DNA from: Balamuthia mandrillaris
Taxonomy: Eukaryota
Direction of reading: 5' to 3'
DNA: 64,000 bases
NCBI GenBank assembly: GCA_031835245.2
Contig: JAVKOQ020000023.1
Span: forward strand, 248,001 to 312,000
The notes beneath the pieces are model-generated. The model made no database searches. It was given only the letters and a program-made list of their open reading frames with translations, and was not told the origin of the DNA. This document shows positions 1-14,184 of the stretch, one piece after another; position 1 is the stretch's first letter, and each line of letters starts with the position of its first letter. The position numbers and the translations under genes are program-made.

Positions 1-1348
1 GATGGGCAGGTAATTAACAAGATCGGTGGGGGTAGCGGAGGCAGTAACCTCGCTGAGACCCAGGCACACTCCTTGCCTTGTGTTTGCATCGCCAGTCGCC
101 AAGCCCTATGACAGAAGACGCAAGAGAAAATAAAATAAGGAAAAATAAATAAAGCAAAAGAACGAATTTGCGTTGATTGAAAAAATAACCTTCTCAAGCG
201 TGGGAATGATTTCGGGCAGCACGCGGTCTCCAAGTTTCCCAACCAAATCTCCCAATGTCTTTCCAGCCACTGAATGCATGTTAGTTTGTTTTCAAAGAAT
301 AAAATAAAATAAAATAAAAAACATGTACATTGACGTCTCTCTGTGTTGGTATTGCCCAAACTTTGGATGATGTTTTGCATCAGTTCGGGAATAATTTGAC
401 GCAGGGTGGCTGGAGTGTTGTCGACAACGGTCTTCCACACCATGAGGGCGCGTTGTCGCACTGTTTGGGTGGAATCTGCACGAAGCATATAAAGGCGGGA
501 CAAGATTTGTCCTCTCTGTTTCTTAGTCAGCGCTCGCGATAATACTGTTTGGAAAATTAGGTTGGTCAAATTCATACGGAGTAAAGAAATGACGATAGAA
601 AAGAAAAGATACCTTTAGTAGATCCCTCTTCACCCTTACTCATTATGTGGAAGAGCAAGTCTCCCAGAAGCATCACAGAGGATTGACGAATGCGCCAGTT
701 GATGTGGAACAAACCATCCAACAGAGAAGGAAGCATAATGTCCAACGCCTCCGTCGCGTATTGGGTAACGATGGATTGACCAGCCCTCATAGCCACATCT
801 CGTACCATTTCTGCCCAAATGAAAGAGAAAAGAATTAGGATGAAAATGAGAAAAAGCAACGCCAAGCACCGATAATAAAGCAAGCCACTAACCAGTTTCA
901 TCAGCAAGACCTTGCAAAATGGCTGGAAGAACTTCGCCCAGGTAAGACTCGAATTGCTCACCCAAAGCACCAGGCAGATAAACAAACAGACTGATAAAGC
1001 CCTCACGCACATGGGGTCTAGCGTCATCGATGCCTTTCTGAATGCTGGGCATGAGCTCATCGAACTTGCTCTCATCAGAACCAGCCAACACCTCGCTCAA
1101 CGCCTGAGCTGCACCAGAACGTTCCACAGTACCGGCATCCGATTCCATCGTTTGCAGCAGCCAAGGAATGAGGTCCTTGAAGTGCTCCTCGCCAATGCCC
1201 TGCACCAAAGTGCCCAAGGCTTTCGCGGCCACTGCTCGTACGTCGGGTATGGGATCGCAGACAATGGCTTTGAGGTTGGGCACCAACACCTCCAGGTAAG
1301 GGATAAGGTCCTTTTGTTCCGTCAACGAGCACATGTTGCCTACAATCT

Positions 1349-1383
<35 letters not shown>

Positions 1384-4300
1384 GATGAGATAAAAGCATG
1401 ATATATTGAATGAAAGCAAAAAAAGAGTTTACCTGTGCTGACTTCTTTTTTACTTCAGTCTTGCGGTCGCTAAGACCCCTAGTAAGGACAGGCATGACAA
1501 GTGCGAGAGAGGGCACATCGATCACGTGAATAAAGGATGTGCCCAACAGAGCGTCAAGAGCAGGTATGGTGCCAGTATCCGGATTGTAGATGGCTTGCAG
1601 CAAGATTGGAATAAGTCCTTGGATTTCTGGATTCTGAATCACTGATCCAATGTTCTATGTTTGGTTTGGGGGGGGGGGGACAAAATTAAGAAATAAACAA
1701 AAAAAAAAGAAGGAAGGAAGCAAGAAAGAAAGAAAACGCACATCCAGTGCCGTTCGAGCAGCTTCTACAACTTTAGCATGGGTGTCGGTAAGAACAGTGC
1801 TCAATTTAGGGACAATAGTAGGTAAACAGGAAGATAACTGCTTAGGATTACAGAACGCCATTGTGCCCAACAACTCCACGCTTGCCTAGAATGAAAAGCA
1901 AGCAAGTCAACCTACATAGAAAAAACGCTAAGGGGAAAAAGATAGAGCAAAGACGATACCATTTTGGTTCGCCAGCTTTGAGAGCGATCATCCAAAGCTT
2001 TGAGCAGAGGAGGAAGCACAAATTTGACACCATGACCGCTAAGGTTGCCCATGATGCATCTGGCAGTATCATAGGTGGCGTCTCTTACCTCCGGGCTGTT
2101 GTCAGAGAAAGCAGATAGCAGCTTGGGCAAGATACGGATGACGTAAGGCTCAAATGATAGTTTCAACACATTGGTGAGAGTTTCAAACTTTTAAATTTAG
2201 AAAAAAAAAGGATTAGAAACGTTCAAGCAATCAACAGAAAAACTGGTGCGAGAGGGAAGTCTACCGCAAAGAGAGCGCCTTGTCGGGTGTTAGCATGTTT
2301 CTTGTTCTCAACCATGGTGGTAAGCTTAGTCACGATATTATACTGCTTCAAGGAAGGCACACCAATGCCTTTAACCACACCAGCAAGACCGAAGGCGGCA
2401 CCCTTGCGTTCGCCATAGCTGGCGCCTTTGCCCAGTCTCTCCAACAGAGACTCCACGATTCGTTTGCGCTCCTCCTCATCCTTGATATTCTTCATCAAGA
2501 ACGTCAAGCATTGAGAGACAGCTTTTTGAACAGGTTCGGAGGGAGTCTTCAACACGGCATTCAAACGATTCACAACGTCGTAAATTTTTTCCTTTTTTTT
2601 TTTTGGTTAATGAACCCAATGGAGAGCATCAACAAGGAAAGGAACGAAATAAGACGAACCTTGGCTCCTTCTGGATCCAAATGACGAGCAAGAGTACCCA
2701 TGAAGATTACTACAGATTCTCTTATCAGATCGCCGCGGTAGGAATTCTCTACATCAGGTTTGTCCAAGTATCCCTCCAAAATTGGCAACAGCAGAGACAG
2801 GTACTCCTTTCCTTGTTCTGCAATGATGCTCATTCCCGCCTGAAATTTTAATTGGCCAGAAACAAAAATAAAACATTAAAACAACGAACACTTAAAGCAA
2901 GAACAGAAGAGAAGAAATGAGAATCGAAATGATCGGAGTTTACCTGTGTGGCGTGATCTCGTACAAGCTCATCTTCATCAGCGAGAGGCTCAGCAATCAA
3001 GAAACGGAAGATGGAGGGAATGGTCTTTTGCTCCACCACATGAGCGCAGGCACCCAAAGCAAGACACACCCCGCTTCGCATGTCAGCAGAATAGACCTTC
3101 ACCTCTCTGCAATAGTGCTCTCAGTATGGGGCGCATAATCGTGTCAAAACATTTATGTTTTAGTTACTTACTGTTTAGGTTCTTCCTTCATGATATCTTC
3201 TAGCGTTGTTGGCAATCTACCTTGCGCCAAAGCGGGATGCATACGATCATCTTGAGGTGGAGGAGGCACCTAGTCATAGAAGAGAGACAGTAAGAAAACA
3301 GGTCAGAGAGAAAGGAAGATATTGCAGATACGCACGTTTTCTTTGTAAAGTGCAAATAGTTTGGAAAAGATTTGTGAAGCCATGGCTGGGAATTGTTCGA
3401 TGGCAGCAGCAACAGCCCTAGCTGCCTGCCTTCGCACGTTCTCTGCCTTGGCAGCCAACACCCTAATCAAGTGATCCCACACGGCCGCATCGTTACTATG
3501 CAATCGCAATCCAGAACTCTCCCAGAGTTGGTTTGCCAATTGGCTGTTCTCCCCGGCTTCATCGCGAGTGCTATGCCACATACGTGCTTGAAGGTAGGGA
3601 TTATCTTGAGCCGACTCATCCAGCTCTGCCTCCGAGATGGCAGAGACATTGCGTAAGGCCTGCAAACAAGAGAGACGGATGTGAGCTTCGGGGTAGAGAA
3701 GCCCCTCCAACAGGGCATTCAGCTGGTTAGTCTCTAAGTGTTTGGCAAAGTCAAGGAGGCATTCGTGAGCGGCTGGGCGGAACTTGGCGGATACTTGCAT
3801 TTGATGGGTGAGTCCTCTGATGAACATGTCTGAGAAAGGCGCCGGCGGAATTGGTGCGTTTCTGTGGTTCACAGATTTCAAAAAACAAAAACAAAATGTG
3901 AGCATGATGCGGAGCGAAAAGATTACAAAAATAAAGAGGAGGGCGGACAGAAATTGTAAACCTGTGTTTTTGGAGGATGGTCATGGCTTGGCCTTGAGCC
4001 TCCAAAGCGAAAACATCCTCTCGCACCAAGGCAGCTTCAAGGATTGGCAAGTAAAAGCACATGGCAGCAGAGGATAACCTCTGGTGTTTAGGCAGTTCAG
4101 CAACAAAGCTGTGCATGTAAGAAATAACGGAAGTAAGAGCAGAAACTAAGCCTGTCTCTTCTTCAGATATTTCTTGACCTGTTTGATTGATGTTTTGTTT
4201 AACGTGAAAAGGACCCTGAACAAATAAAAGGGGTTTCACAAAACGTACCAGGAAGCGCTGGAATAAGAAAATCTTTGCCAAGATTGCCTGACTGGAAGAG

Positions 4301-4642
4301 ATACACAAGAGCATAACAAATCCTTAAACTAAGCAAACGAGAGAACTCAGGACAAGCCTTCTGTTCTTCTTGTTCCTCTGCTCCTTCATTCGCTGCCTCT
4401 GAGGTTGTCTGTGCCTCCAAAGTCAACGACTCAAGAGTTGGAATGACTCTCATGCAACGAGCGAGATCCTGCAGGGTCCGTTCGGCCTGCTCCCTCACTT
4501 CCTTGAAACGACCTGCTAACAAAGGCTTCAAGAAAGTAAACAATGTGGCTACCTCACTATGCAACTCCTAATTTTTATATTTTAGCAAAACGTAAAAAAA
4601 AGTAGATTAGAAAGGGAAAGAGAATAAAGAGAAAGAGAAGAG

Positions 4643-4686
<44 letters not shown>

Positions 4687-7600
4687 GAGAGAAACTAACA
4701 GTGGGAATTCTATAGCTAAATACAGAGATTGCTTGGAGGGTGGAAGTGATGTCATGGATCATACCAGCGATCCTACCACGCACAGTGGCTTGTTCCTTAA
4801 GTTTAGCGTCCCTCGCCGCTATTTCTGCTTTGGTCATTTTTGGACCCTATTAAGAATACAGGCAAAAGTGAGTCACCTTATCTTACGTTTTTTTCAACAT
4901 AAAATTGTTACCCCTTGCTCTTTCAGCTTTTTCTCTTCCAACTCCTTCCTAACTTGGGCTTCCCATTGCTCGTCTGCGTCTTTGTACATTCGTTGGCCTG
5001 AAATAATAACAAACGAGAATAAATGATCCACGTCGTAACGCACGTAAAAGTGGTTTTTAAACAATAATATTTACCTTTCAACACGCGAATGTTCTTATTT
5101 TCTCTTACTTGTGGGACGTAGACATCCGATTTGGGTTCCCAAAGCATGTCAGCAGGTGTTTTGTAGATATCTTCCTGTGCTTTGCTCACTCTTTCCAGGG
5201 TTTCGTTCTTGGCCAGCTGTCGTTTGATTTGGGAGATGATGCTGGTCAAACTGAAGGGCTTCTCTCTGACAACAGAAGACAGGCCGTTGGCGCTCGCTTC
5301 GGCAATCAATTTGTTGGGACTCAAAATACCCTCTGCAAGAGTTCAAGTTGAGAAAGCAAACGAAAATGTGTGAAAGGAAGTAGAGTGCATACCTTTTCCG
5401 ACTTGTTCGTTGTCCTCAAAGAAATATCGTATAATACTATCCAACACTTCATCACTGATAGGTTTCTGCGGCCGTTCCTCTTGTTCTCGCTCTTTTTCTT
5501 TCTCTTTTCCTTTCTCCTCTTCTTCCTCTTCCTCATCATCTTCATGTAGAGAGAGACGAAGGCGGTGCAAGCAGTCTTGCCAATTTGTCCATTGATGGTG
5601 AGGGAAGATATAAGGATGATGTGCTTCCACTAACACCCAAGGAAGAATGGCATCGGCATCAATTTGTGAGAGATTAGCGGAGTCAAATGGAAGGCAAGCA
5701 TGTAAGGCTTCGATGAGCACACGAGAGCGAAGCTCGGGCTCCATGTCTAGCTCTAAGAATAAGTCAGTGGTCGCAGAGTCAGCTTGTGCAGTGCTACTCC
5801 CCTAATTGATAGAGTGTCATCAGCTATCTGTAACAGAGGAGAAAAGGCAGGAAAGCAAGGAGAAAAAATGATACCTGAGCTTTGAGGAAGGCATAGAAAG
5901 TGGGTAATAATTGTTGCATGAGATCTGGTTGCTCCTTGTGAAGTTGTTGCAGTGTAGTTCTGCCCTCCTTTCGCACTTTCCATGACCGACAGACTAATAA
6001 ATAAATAACAACACTAAAGAATGGGGCCACCTCTATAACAAAGAGAGAAAAACATGGTATGAGTAATTGAGAATGTTACGCAAAAATGAACAAACCTTGA
6101 ACTACAAGCCCATTTGTTAATTTGCTGGAAGAACCAGGGTTCGTGATAACATGCCAATATTGCGAAACCAAGGCTTTGGTAAGTCCAACAAGCGATAACA
6201 ACTCAGGTTCTGCAAGATCCTTTAAGAAGTAGTGGCTGAAGAAGAACTTAGTAGTGGTGGAGGAGGCAGAGAAAAAGCTCTTCCAAAAATTTTTCTTCTC
6301 CAGCTTATCGCCAGTAGCAGCATCGTTTGCAGCAAAGAAAGCCAGAATGGTAAGAGTGTAGGCCAAGTCTTTCCTAAACTTCTTCTCTTTGATGGCGGCC
6401 TCCGTTTTTGTGATCAATGTATCCGCTGATGCGTGTGTGTGGCAACCAAGTTTTTGAAGAGAAGTTAGCAAAACCGCCAAACCCTCAAAGACTGGGCTGA
6501 AATGTACCTAAAGCATTAGAGGCTTGTGTAACCATCTTTTGGTTACCGTATTGGGAGGCGTGGGCAATGCAGCTCAAGAAAGCAAAACGGATTGCATCTT
6601 TGGTTTCTTTGAAGCCTTTAACAAGGAAGCAAATGGCGAACGAATGCTCAGATAATTAACATCTTATAAATTGCAAAAGAGAGTGTGTATGAAAAGTGCA
6701 CCTTTCAAGCAAAGATCCTTAGCCTTTTCAGGGAAGGCTGGAGCACAAGAGAGCCATAATCCTAAACATTCTAGAGCCTTGAGTTTTACATCGTCGCTGG
6801 CTGTATATTTAACAAGAGTAAGACATGAACAAAAGCTTGCAGCCATTGAAAGAGAAAAAACCTTCTTTGGCCAGTTGCACAACAAGTGTTTCACAGACAA
6901 CGTTCGCAAGTGCATCCCGATTGGAAACCGCCAAAGTGTTCTCATACACCGCTTTGAGAGCATCCACAATGTTTGCACGATTTTTTGGATCAGATTCAGC
7001 TGTTAACAACAGCAAACAAAAAAGGTGAGACGCCATATAAGCAATATAAACAAGTGAAAAAAGTGCACTATACTTTTGACCAAGTTGGAAACGCCTGTAG
7101 CTAATTGTAAAAGAGCATCCGGTTGCTTGCATTCCTTAGCAAGGGCACCTATAGCGTGAACAGCGCTATGGCGAATGGACTCATTCACGCTGCGAAGATG
7201 AGGGCTGATCATGTCGAAGAAGGAAGCACCCTTGGCAGCCTTACCACCAGGTGAGGCCACAGCATAAGCGCTGATGTCCAAAGAGATGTGTTGAATGAGA
7301 TAAGCCAAGTCCTCAATAATGGCTTCAGGATTCCGTTTCATGTAGCGGTCGATCACAGGAGACAATTGACTGAGATTCAAGTTTGAGGAGGAAAAAACGC
7401 AAGCACAAAACAATTTCGATTGTCAGCAGTGCTGACATGAAACAGATAGACGAGAGAAGAGAGAGTAGCGTTACCTGGCAAACTCCTCATCGGTCAACTT
7501 TTGCAACAAAGGAAGGAAAAACGAGTGCTGTCTCCGAGTGGGTGCAGTACGCTCAGAGAAGATCAACGCTATGTACCAATCTAAATACTTAGTCTGTCGA

Positions 7601-8851
7601 CACAACATGATATGTTAAAGAGCCGATATCACCAGGAATAAACGAAAAGAAAACAAAAAGAGAAAGAAAGGGGTATAAACAAAAAAGAAATGCACACCCG
7701 ATGTTGTTGTAAGAGTTCCTCTGTCTTGGCAGCAAAATGGAGGAGTTGACCGATGGCAGCACAATCGGAGCGAGAAGGCTTTTCCAAAGCTTTGAAATAC
7801 TCATCATAGGCATCGGGATACTACAAAACGAATACACGATAAGCAGATAGGATGGAAGGAAAAGCCGCAGCAAGATAGAAAAGCACAAACCAAATGGAAG
7901 ACTTTGGAAAATTGAGCAAAGGCAGCGTTACGAGGATAATTGGAATGCACATGAGAAACGAGGTGCAGCAGTTGGAACTGGACTTTGGCAAGCACGGAAA
8001 ACTTTTTGGACTTGACAAACTGGAAGTATCGTGGCTCTTGAGCAATGAAGTTGCTCCATCGCAACAGAGCGAGGCTCTTTTGTTCTGTGCTGTAATGATA
8101 AGAAAGAGAGTAATGTAAATGGAAAGTAATTGGCATGAAGGAATTGAGAAAAGAGTATGATACATTTGTAAGGCAGCGGAATGCGAGACGAATGCGTTTA
8201 TCTTCCCAAGTAAGCAATTCACAAAAGGCAAGACAAAGCTTTGCCAACTCGTTTCACTAACGCAAAAACAAGAAGCTGGTGAGTTTGGTTTTCTTGAAAA
8301 AATGAAAACGCAACAAACCTTTCCGAATGAAGCAGCCAAACGAGCAATTCTTCTACTGCCAGTTGACTGAGCCTATCAGCATAGCGCTCCAACGTCCTCC
8401 AGAACATCGCTGCCAGCTTCGTCGTTACATTCTCGTTCTTTGCTTCTCCCACAATTTCTTTCACGGAGAAATAAAAAATTGAGACAACAACAAGATAATA
8501 TTAACAAGAGCAAAGAAGAAGGAGAAGGGAGAGAAGCTACAAAAAAAACAAGTATAACATACCTTTCACAGGTGAAGCGACGCTTGTTCCTGCAAGAAGC
8601 TTCGGCAAAGCTTTTCGCCAAAGCCACAAACGCCGGTTGAGCGAGGAGGAAGCCACATGACGCTCCAACAAAGCGAGCTTCCTGTCAAAGTCCGTCTCCT
8701 CCTCGAGCTCTTCCTCCTCCTTGGGAAAAGCCGGAAGACGGTTCTCCTCCGAGAGGCGTCGCTGCAGACGTCTAGTTTCTCGCTGTTTGGCTCGTTTGTT
8801 TTGTTGGGAAGAAGCAGAAGTACTTCCTTCAACTTCTTTTTCTTTCTCCAT
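1..8851 (-). CDS. GCN1: GCN1 (eIF2-alpha kinase GCN2 activator, HEAT-repeat protein), multi-exon, 3' end beyond the left edge of the window
   Basis: Consecutive minus-strand exons give GCN1-typical peptides: [100 protein letters not shown]. Start at MEKEKEVEG (8851) is tentative. Confidence 0.93.
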
Positions 8852-9818
8852 TATGTGCAAGCTTTTCATTGAGAGAGAGAGAGAGAGAGAGAGCGAGAAA
8901 GAAAGCGAGAGCAGAGAAGAGAGGGCGTTAAGACACGATTTCGAAGCACATCCAAAAAAGAGCGAAATGAAATTACTTTTTTTTTCGTGCAACCCAATCT
9001 CTAACGATCCTACACTTCGGCAGCACTCAAAAAAAACAGCAATGGCTTGGCTACCCCTCCCTTTATGTTGGCGCTTACTCCTCCCTCCTTTTTGCTACTT
9101 TTTTTTCGAAGAGAAGAATGAGAACGCGAGAGGCCGACCAGTAGAGAGTGCATGAGGGGTCTTCGAAGGAATCCTGATTCCGCTGCTGACCTGACGTCAG
9201 GCAAACTGGACACTTTTTGCGAGAGGGCGCAAATCAAATTCCTCTGACTGAAAAGAAATGGCAAGGGAAAAAAGGACAACAAAAAAGTCCCTCCGCTCCC
9301 CCGCTGCTTTCAGCGCGGAAAAATCTTGTGTCGACAAGGACCACTGCCTCACCAAACCATTGCGCGTTAGTCAACCACTCCCTGCAAAGAGGAGAAAATG
9401 AAAAATAGGTTTTTTTTTGGTACTGTTTGGCGATGATTGCCGATAAGGGGCTTCAAAGGTCTCGGCCAGTTCAAAGCGCACTCCTTTCCATGTGACAAAC
9501 ACTCGCGACTCCTCTCTGGAGTTTTTGTGGACCTCGAGGAGGGAGGGATTCGCGACACGACGGGGCTCAAAGATGCTGCGCTTGGATGGTGTGGTAGTCG
9601 ATTGTGTAACGTTACATAGCCCATCTAGTTGGATATTTCCATGAAAATAGCAGCTCGCAGGGGAGGACCGTTCATCCAAAAAGTTTAAGGCTGAGCCATC
9701 TGTTGGCGCCCCTCCTTAAAGAGCCATTTTAAGGACCCTACCTTTGTAACTCTCTTTGCCGGGGAGTGCTTTGCTGCCCACTTGCAACGTGCACACAGAC
9801 AGGACGGAAAAAAAAAAT

Positions 9819-12398
9819 ATGCCACGGCTGGGTGACTCTCCTTTCGTCCTAACGGATGAAAGGGATGAAACGTCCAGCACCTCCGCCTCCTCCTCCTCCG
9901 AAGAGGAAGCCTCTCCCTTTCTCTCCTCTTCCTATATGAAGGACGGTGATGGGGCCCAAAACGGATCGCTAGCCGCGGGAAAAAGCCACGAACAACAACG
10001 AGCAGAGGTTCATGTGGACAAACTCGTCGACAAGCTTTGGCAAAGCAAAACTATGACAGAGACTGCGGCGATGACAACAACAACAGACGAAAAACCACCA
10101 CAAACGCCTCTTCCCAAGAAAAAGATGTTTGTGCTGTTGTGTATTGTCTTTTCGGAGGGGTTCTCCGGGACAATGTTGTTCCCTTTCATCGCATTCATGG
10201 TTCAGAGCTTTGGGGTAGCCGATGACGACAAGGTTGGTGTCTCTTTCCTCTTTTCTTTTTTGTTTGGTTTTTCTTATCTTAAATATCTTTACCAACAAAC
10301 AACAGGATATTGGTTATTATGCGGGTTACGTTACTTCTGCTTTTTATCTCGGCATGTTTTGCAGCAAGTACGTTATAGTGGGCACCTCTTTTCTCTTCTT
10401 TCCTGTTTTTTCTTCTGTCATTCTTTTCTTTTTTCTTTTTTTCTTTCTTTCTTCCTTTGTTTCTATCGATTTTTTATCTTGAAAAGGGAATTATTAACGA
10501 ATTATCATTGATAAATTTTCAATAATCTAAAACTATCCATTAATTATTACCCAAAAGTTTCTTTTGGGGATGGCTTTCGGACCGGAAAGGGCGGCGGCCG
10601 GTGCTTCTGGCGGGCATGGCCGGCAATGCGGTCACGACCCTCCTCTTTGGCAGCAGCCACACCTTTTACTGGGCGCTGGCAAGCCGTTTCCTCAACGGCT
10701 CTCTCAACGGTGTTTCTGCGGTGACCAAGACCTACATTGCCGAGGTCACCGATGAGACCAACCAAGCCTTGGGGTTCTCGTTGAGGGCGGCAGGCTATGG
10801 CCTGGGAGGCATCTTGGGACCTTTGCTGGGAGGCGTCCTGGCGGCTCCTGCAAAGCGGTTTGCTTGGCTGGAGGGCACATTGTTTGATGGCGGGCCGGAA
10901 GTCGGTGAGGGAGGACTCATTGGAGCGGGCGGCAATGGAGACGGCGCGAGTGGAGGGTATCCCTATCTATTGCCGTGCATGGTGGCGGCCACGGTGAACG
11001 TGATTGGACTGGTCTTTGGGTATTTCTTCCTGACGGAGAGTTTGCCCGAAATAGTGGCGAAGAATGAGGAAGCAAAGCAGAGGAAAGCGAAGGAGGAGAG
11101 GAAGAAGCAGAACCGGAAGATGAAGAAAAAGGAGAAAGGCTTGCTGTCGGGAAGGAAGAGAGCAAAGAAGGGGTGGGAAGACGTGGAAGGTGAGGACGGA
11201 AAGAGCGTACGTGGAAGGATACAAGAGTGGATTAAAGAACGAACGAAGAAAAGGAGCAACTCAGCTGTCTTCATCCCGTTGGAGTCATTATCCACTGAAG
11301 AGCCCTTCAGTGAGGAAGAACAGGATCACCAGGCAGAAGATGAGATGGAAAAACAAGATGAGGAGAGTCTTCAAGATGAAGAAGAGGATGACGAAAAGCC
11401 AGCAATAACAGAACCCGTTATTGTTGTGCCTGAAAAGCGGCCGAGCATGTTTAGCATCCTGAAAGACAAGTGGGTCATGGTCACCACGGCTCTTTATTGT
11501 GGGGTGTGCTTCGTGGACTTGGCTTTTGTGGAGGTTTACAGCGTTTGGAGTCTAAACTCACCTGATGACCCTCAAGCTCCTGGCTTGGGTTAGTTTTTCT
11601 TCTTCTCCCTTCTCCTCCTCTCTTTCCTTCTCTCTTTGTTGCCAGTTTGTCTTCGCACCTTGTTGGCTTATGCCTGTCATTGAAAAAGGGTTTGATAGTT
11701 TACACATGGGCCTACCAAGCGCCTGTGCGGCCATCTCCATCGTGCTCTTCCAACTGTTCTGCTATTCTCCTATTGATAGAAGGCTGGGCTCCTTGAAGAC
11801 CTATCGCATGGCCATCGGCACAACCGTCTTCCTGATCGGCGTCTTTCCGTCCTTGCATTTCCTGGTTGGAGTAACGCCTGGCAACTGGTTGATGTGGGCT
11901 CTGCTTCTGCCTTGCTATGCCTCCATTCGGTTGTGGACTGTCGGCGCCTATGCCGCCATCAGCATCTTGGTGAGTTGCTCACTGCCCTTGCTTTTTGTTT
12001 AGCTGCTTTGATGCGTTGACCTGTCGTTAACCCGTGAACGATAGATCAACAATGCGGCTGGTAGGAGTCGGCTAGGTATTGCAAATGGCATGGCAACTGC
12101 TCTTGGCGCCTTCGTTTGCATGTAAGCTCTTCTCCTTCTTTAATTCTCTTTTGCTGCCTTCTGTCGTGCTTTGCTCTTCTCTCGTTCTCTTCATCTCCTC
12201 ATCTGTACGTTGTCCTTTTCCTCACTTGTTTAAAGGCTGGGACCATCATTCGGAGGAAGTATGTTTGCCATGTCAGTACAAGGCTCCACCTTTCCTTTCA
12301 ACTATCACTTTGCGTTCCTGGTATTTTCCGTCCTGCATGCCATCAACTGGCTCTGCACTTTCACAGTTCCTGCCTCCATTAATACTCGTAAACGTTGA
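9819..12398 (+). CDS. Major facilitator superfamily transporter (ZIFL/DHA1-like), multi-exon
   Basis: LFPFIAFMV, IGYYAGYVTSAF, WGWLSDRKGRRPVLL (MFS motif A), SRFLNGSLNG...KTYIAEVTD, PYLLPC, FFLTESL; long charged central loop; last exon ends TVPASINTRKR*. Confidence 0.88.
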
Positions 12399-12488
12399 AC
12401 AAAGAATGAAGATCGAAAAGAAAAGAAAGTTGCTGCTTTCTTATTTGTTTATACGTTTCTTTCTCTCTTTCGCTTTTGCTTTCTCTTT

Positions 12489-13463
12489 CTAATCATCATA
12501 CAATCGTCGTTTCTTCTTCTTCAACTTCTTCTGCTCAATGTACTTTTTCAACACCTTTTTGGGGATCTTCTTCTGCTTCTGCCTCTGCTGTTGTTCCTGT
12601 TGTTGCAGCTGCTGCTGCCATGCCTCCACATCAAAGTAATGCTGCATCTGCCTGCCGGCGCTGTCCGTCCACTCCCTGCCTTGCGCCTGGAAGCGGCCGG
12701 TGCGCACGTTGAACGTGGCCCGCTGTGTGTAGGTGTTGGCGTCTTGTGCCATCAACTTGGCCGCTATGGCTCGATCAGAGGAAGCATCCGACGTCGTTGC
12801 TGTTGAAGTTGAATAAGAAGAAGAAGCTGAAGAACCAGAAGAAGAATAAGAGGGATAAGAAGTTGAAGCATAAGCAGAGGAATAGTCATAAGTAGACGAA
12901 GAAGAAGTATCAGAGGATGGGTCATGATAAGAAGGCCATGAAGCAGAAGAAGAAGGAGTAGTGTAAAGGTAAGCGCCACCAGGGAATTGGAACTCGGGGA
13001 GGGAGTTGATGGAGGAGAAGGTGGTGTCGGGGGATTGGCGCACTTGGAGGTCGGCGGGCAGCATCCCTGCCAGCCACCAGGTTTGCATTTGGGAGAGGGT
13101 GTAGGGGCCTTGCTCGCTTTGTTGGTCGTCCAGGTAGTACCAGCAAGCCTCTCCTTCTTGATCATGTGCCTGTTGTTTTTGCTGTGTGTTCTCTTTTTCT
13201 CCTCCCTCTTCTTGTTCCTCCGCTTCTGCTTCTTCCTCCTCCTCCTCCCGTTGTGTTGGTTCATTGGATGTGCCGGCTTGCGCGGTCGTTAACGGAGGAG
13301 GGACCCCGTCTCCAGAACGCTCCGCTCGCTCTGCTTCCGCTTCTCTCCTTCTCTTCTTCCTGTCCTCGCCGTTGCCGCTACGTTTCTTCGTCTGTGCCGC
13401 CGCCGCTACTTCCTCCTCCTCCTCCGTGGTCGTAGCGGCAGCGCTTGGTGCCTCCTCTGCCAT
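12489..13463 (-). CDS. GYF-domain protein with a conserved basic C-terminal domain, single exon
   Basis: WYYLDDQQSEQGPYTLSQMQTWWLAGMLPADLQV is a GYF fold signature; C-terminus TFNVRTGRFQ...RQMQHYFDVEAW...KKKRRLYDD. ATG at 13463. Confidence 0.8.
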   Translation of the reverse strand: MAEEAPSAAATTTEEEEEVAAAAQTKKRSGNGEDRKKRRREAEAERAERSGDGVPPPLTTAQAGTSNEPTQREEEEEEAEAEEQEEGGEKENTQQKQQAHDQEGEACWYYLDDQQSEQGPYTLSQMQTWWLAGMLPADLQVRQSPDTTFSSINSLPEFQFPGGAYLYTTPSSSASWPSYHDPSSDTSSSSTYDYSSAYASTSYPSYSSSGSSASSSYSTSTATTSDASSDRAIAAKLMAQDANTYTQRATFNVRTGRFQAQGREWTDSAGRQMQHYFDVEAWQQQLQQQEQQQRQKQKKIPKKVLKKYIEQKKLKKKKRRLYDD

Positions 13464-14184
13464 TTTCTTGTCTGTTTGCTGCTTCGCTACGCTTTTTTTT
13501 TTTTGCCTCTCAGTGCCAGAAAACGGAAATGACGTCAACAAGTGCTTGTTTCGGAAGGTGAGATGGTGCACAAAACGTGCAGCATTATTGTAGGAAATGA
13601 CCTGACCACGAGGCCAAAGTCGTTTTTTTTTTCAAACCACCAATCCATAATCAATCATTTGACAAAATTAAGATTGCAGAGGAATGGAGAAAAAAAAAGA
13701 GAAGGACAAGGCGGGAGGGAGGCGTTACTTACGAAGATTTCTCTGCGCCATGGCAAAATGGTAGAGCGCTAGGGTAGTGGTTGCAGAAATATCAACTGCA
13801 ACATCATAACCATTTCTGATAACACGGGCAATTACTTTTGGTGCACGTTACACATTCTAAATAACGTCAGCCATGAGCGAGATTTAAGGGGAAAAGCACA
13901 GAAGATGAAACAAAGAGAGAGCGTAGCGGGGGGAGGCTTGTCGTGTCAGACTTTTGCTCCCTCATTCTTGTTTGTGAAAACCACAAAGCGCCTGCCAAAA
14001 AGCAAAACCCCTTCCCAGCCCCTTCCAATGAGGCCTAGTGTAGCGTAACAAGGTAAACTACTGAATCCCTCCTTTGCCCTCACTCTAAACCCGAAAACTT
14101 GAAAGAAAATGCTAATCTGACCCTCGCCTTTCTTTTTGTGCAACAAACTAGTTTACCACCACAAGAAAACATCACAGCCGCACC

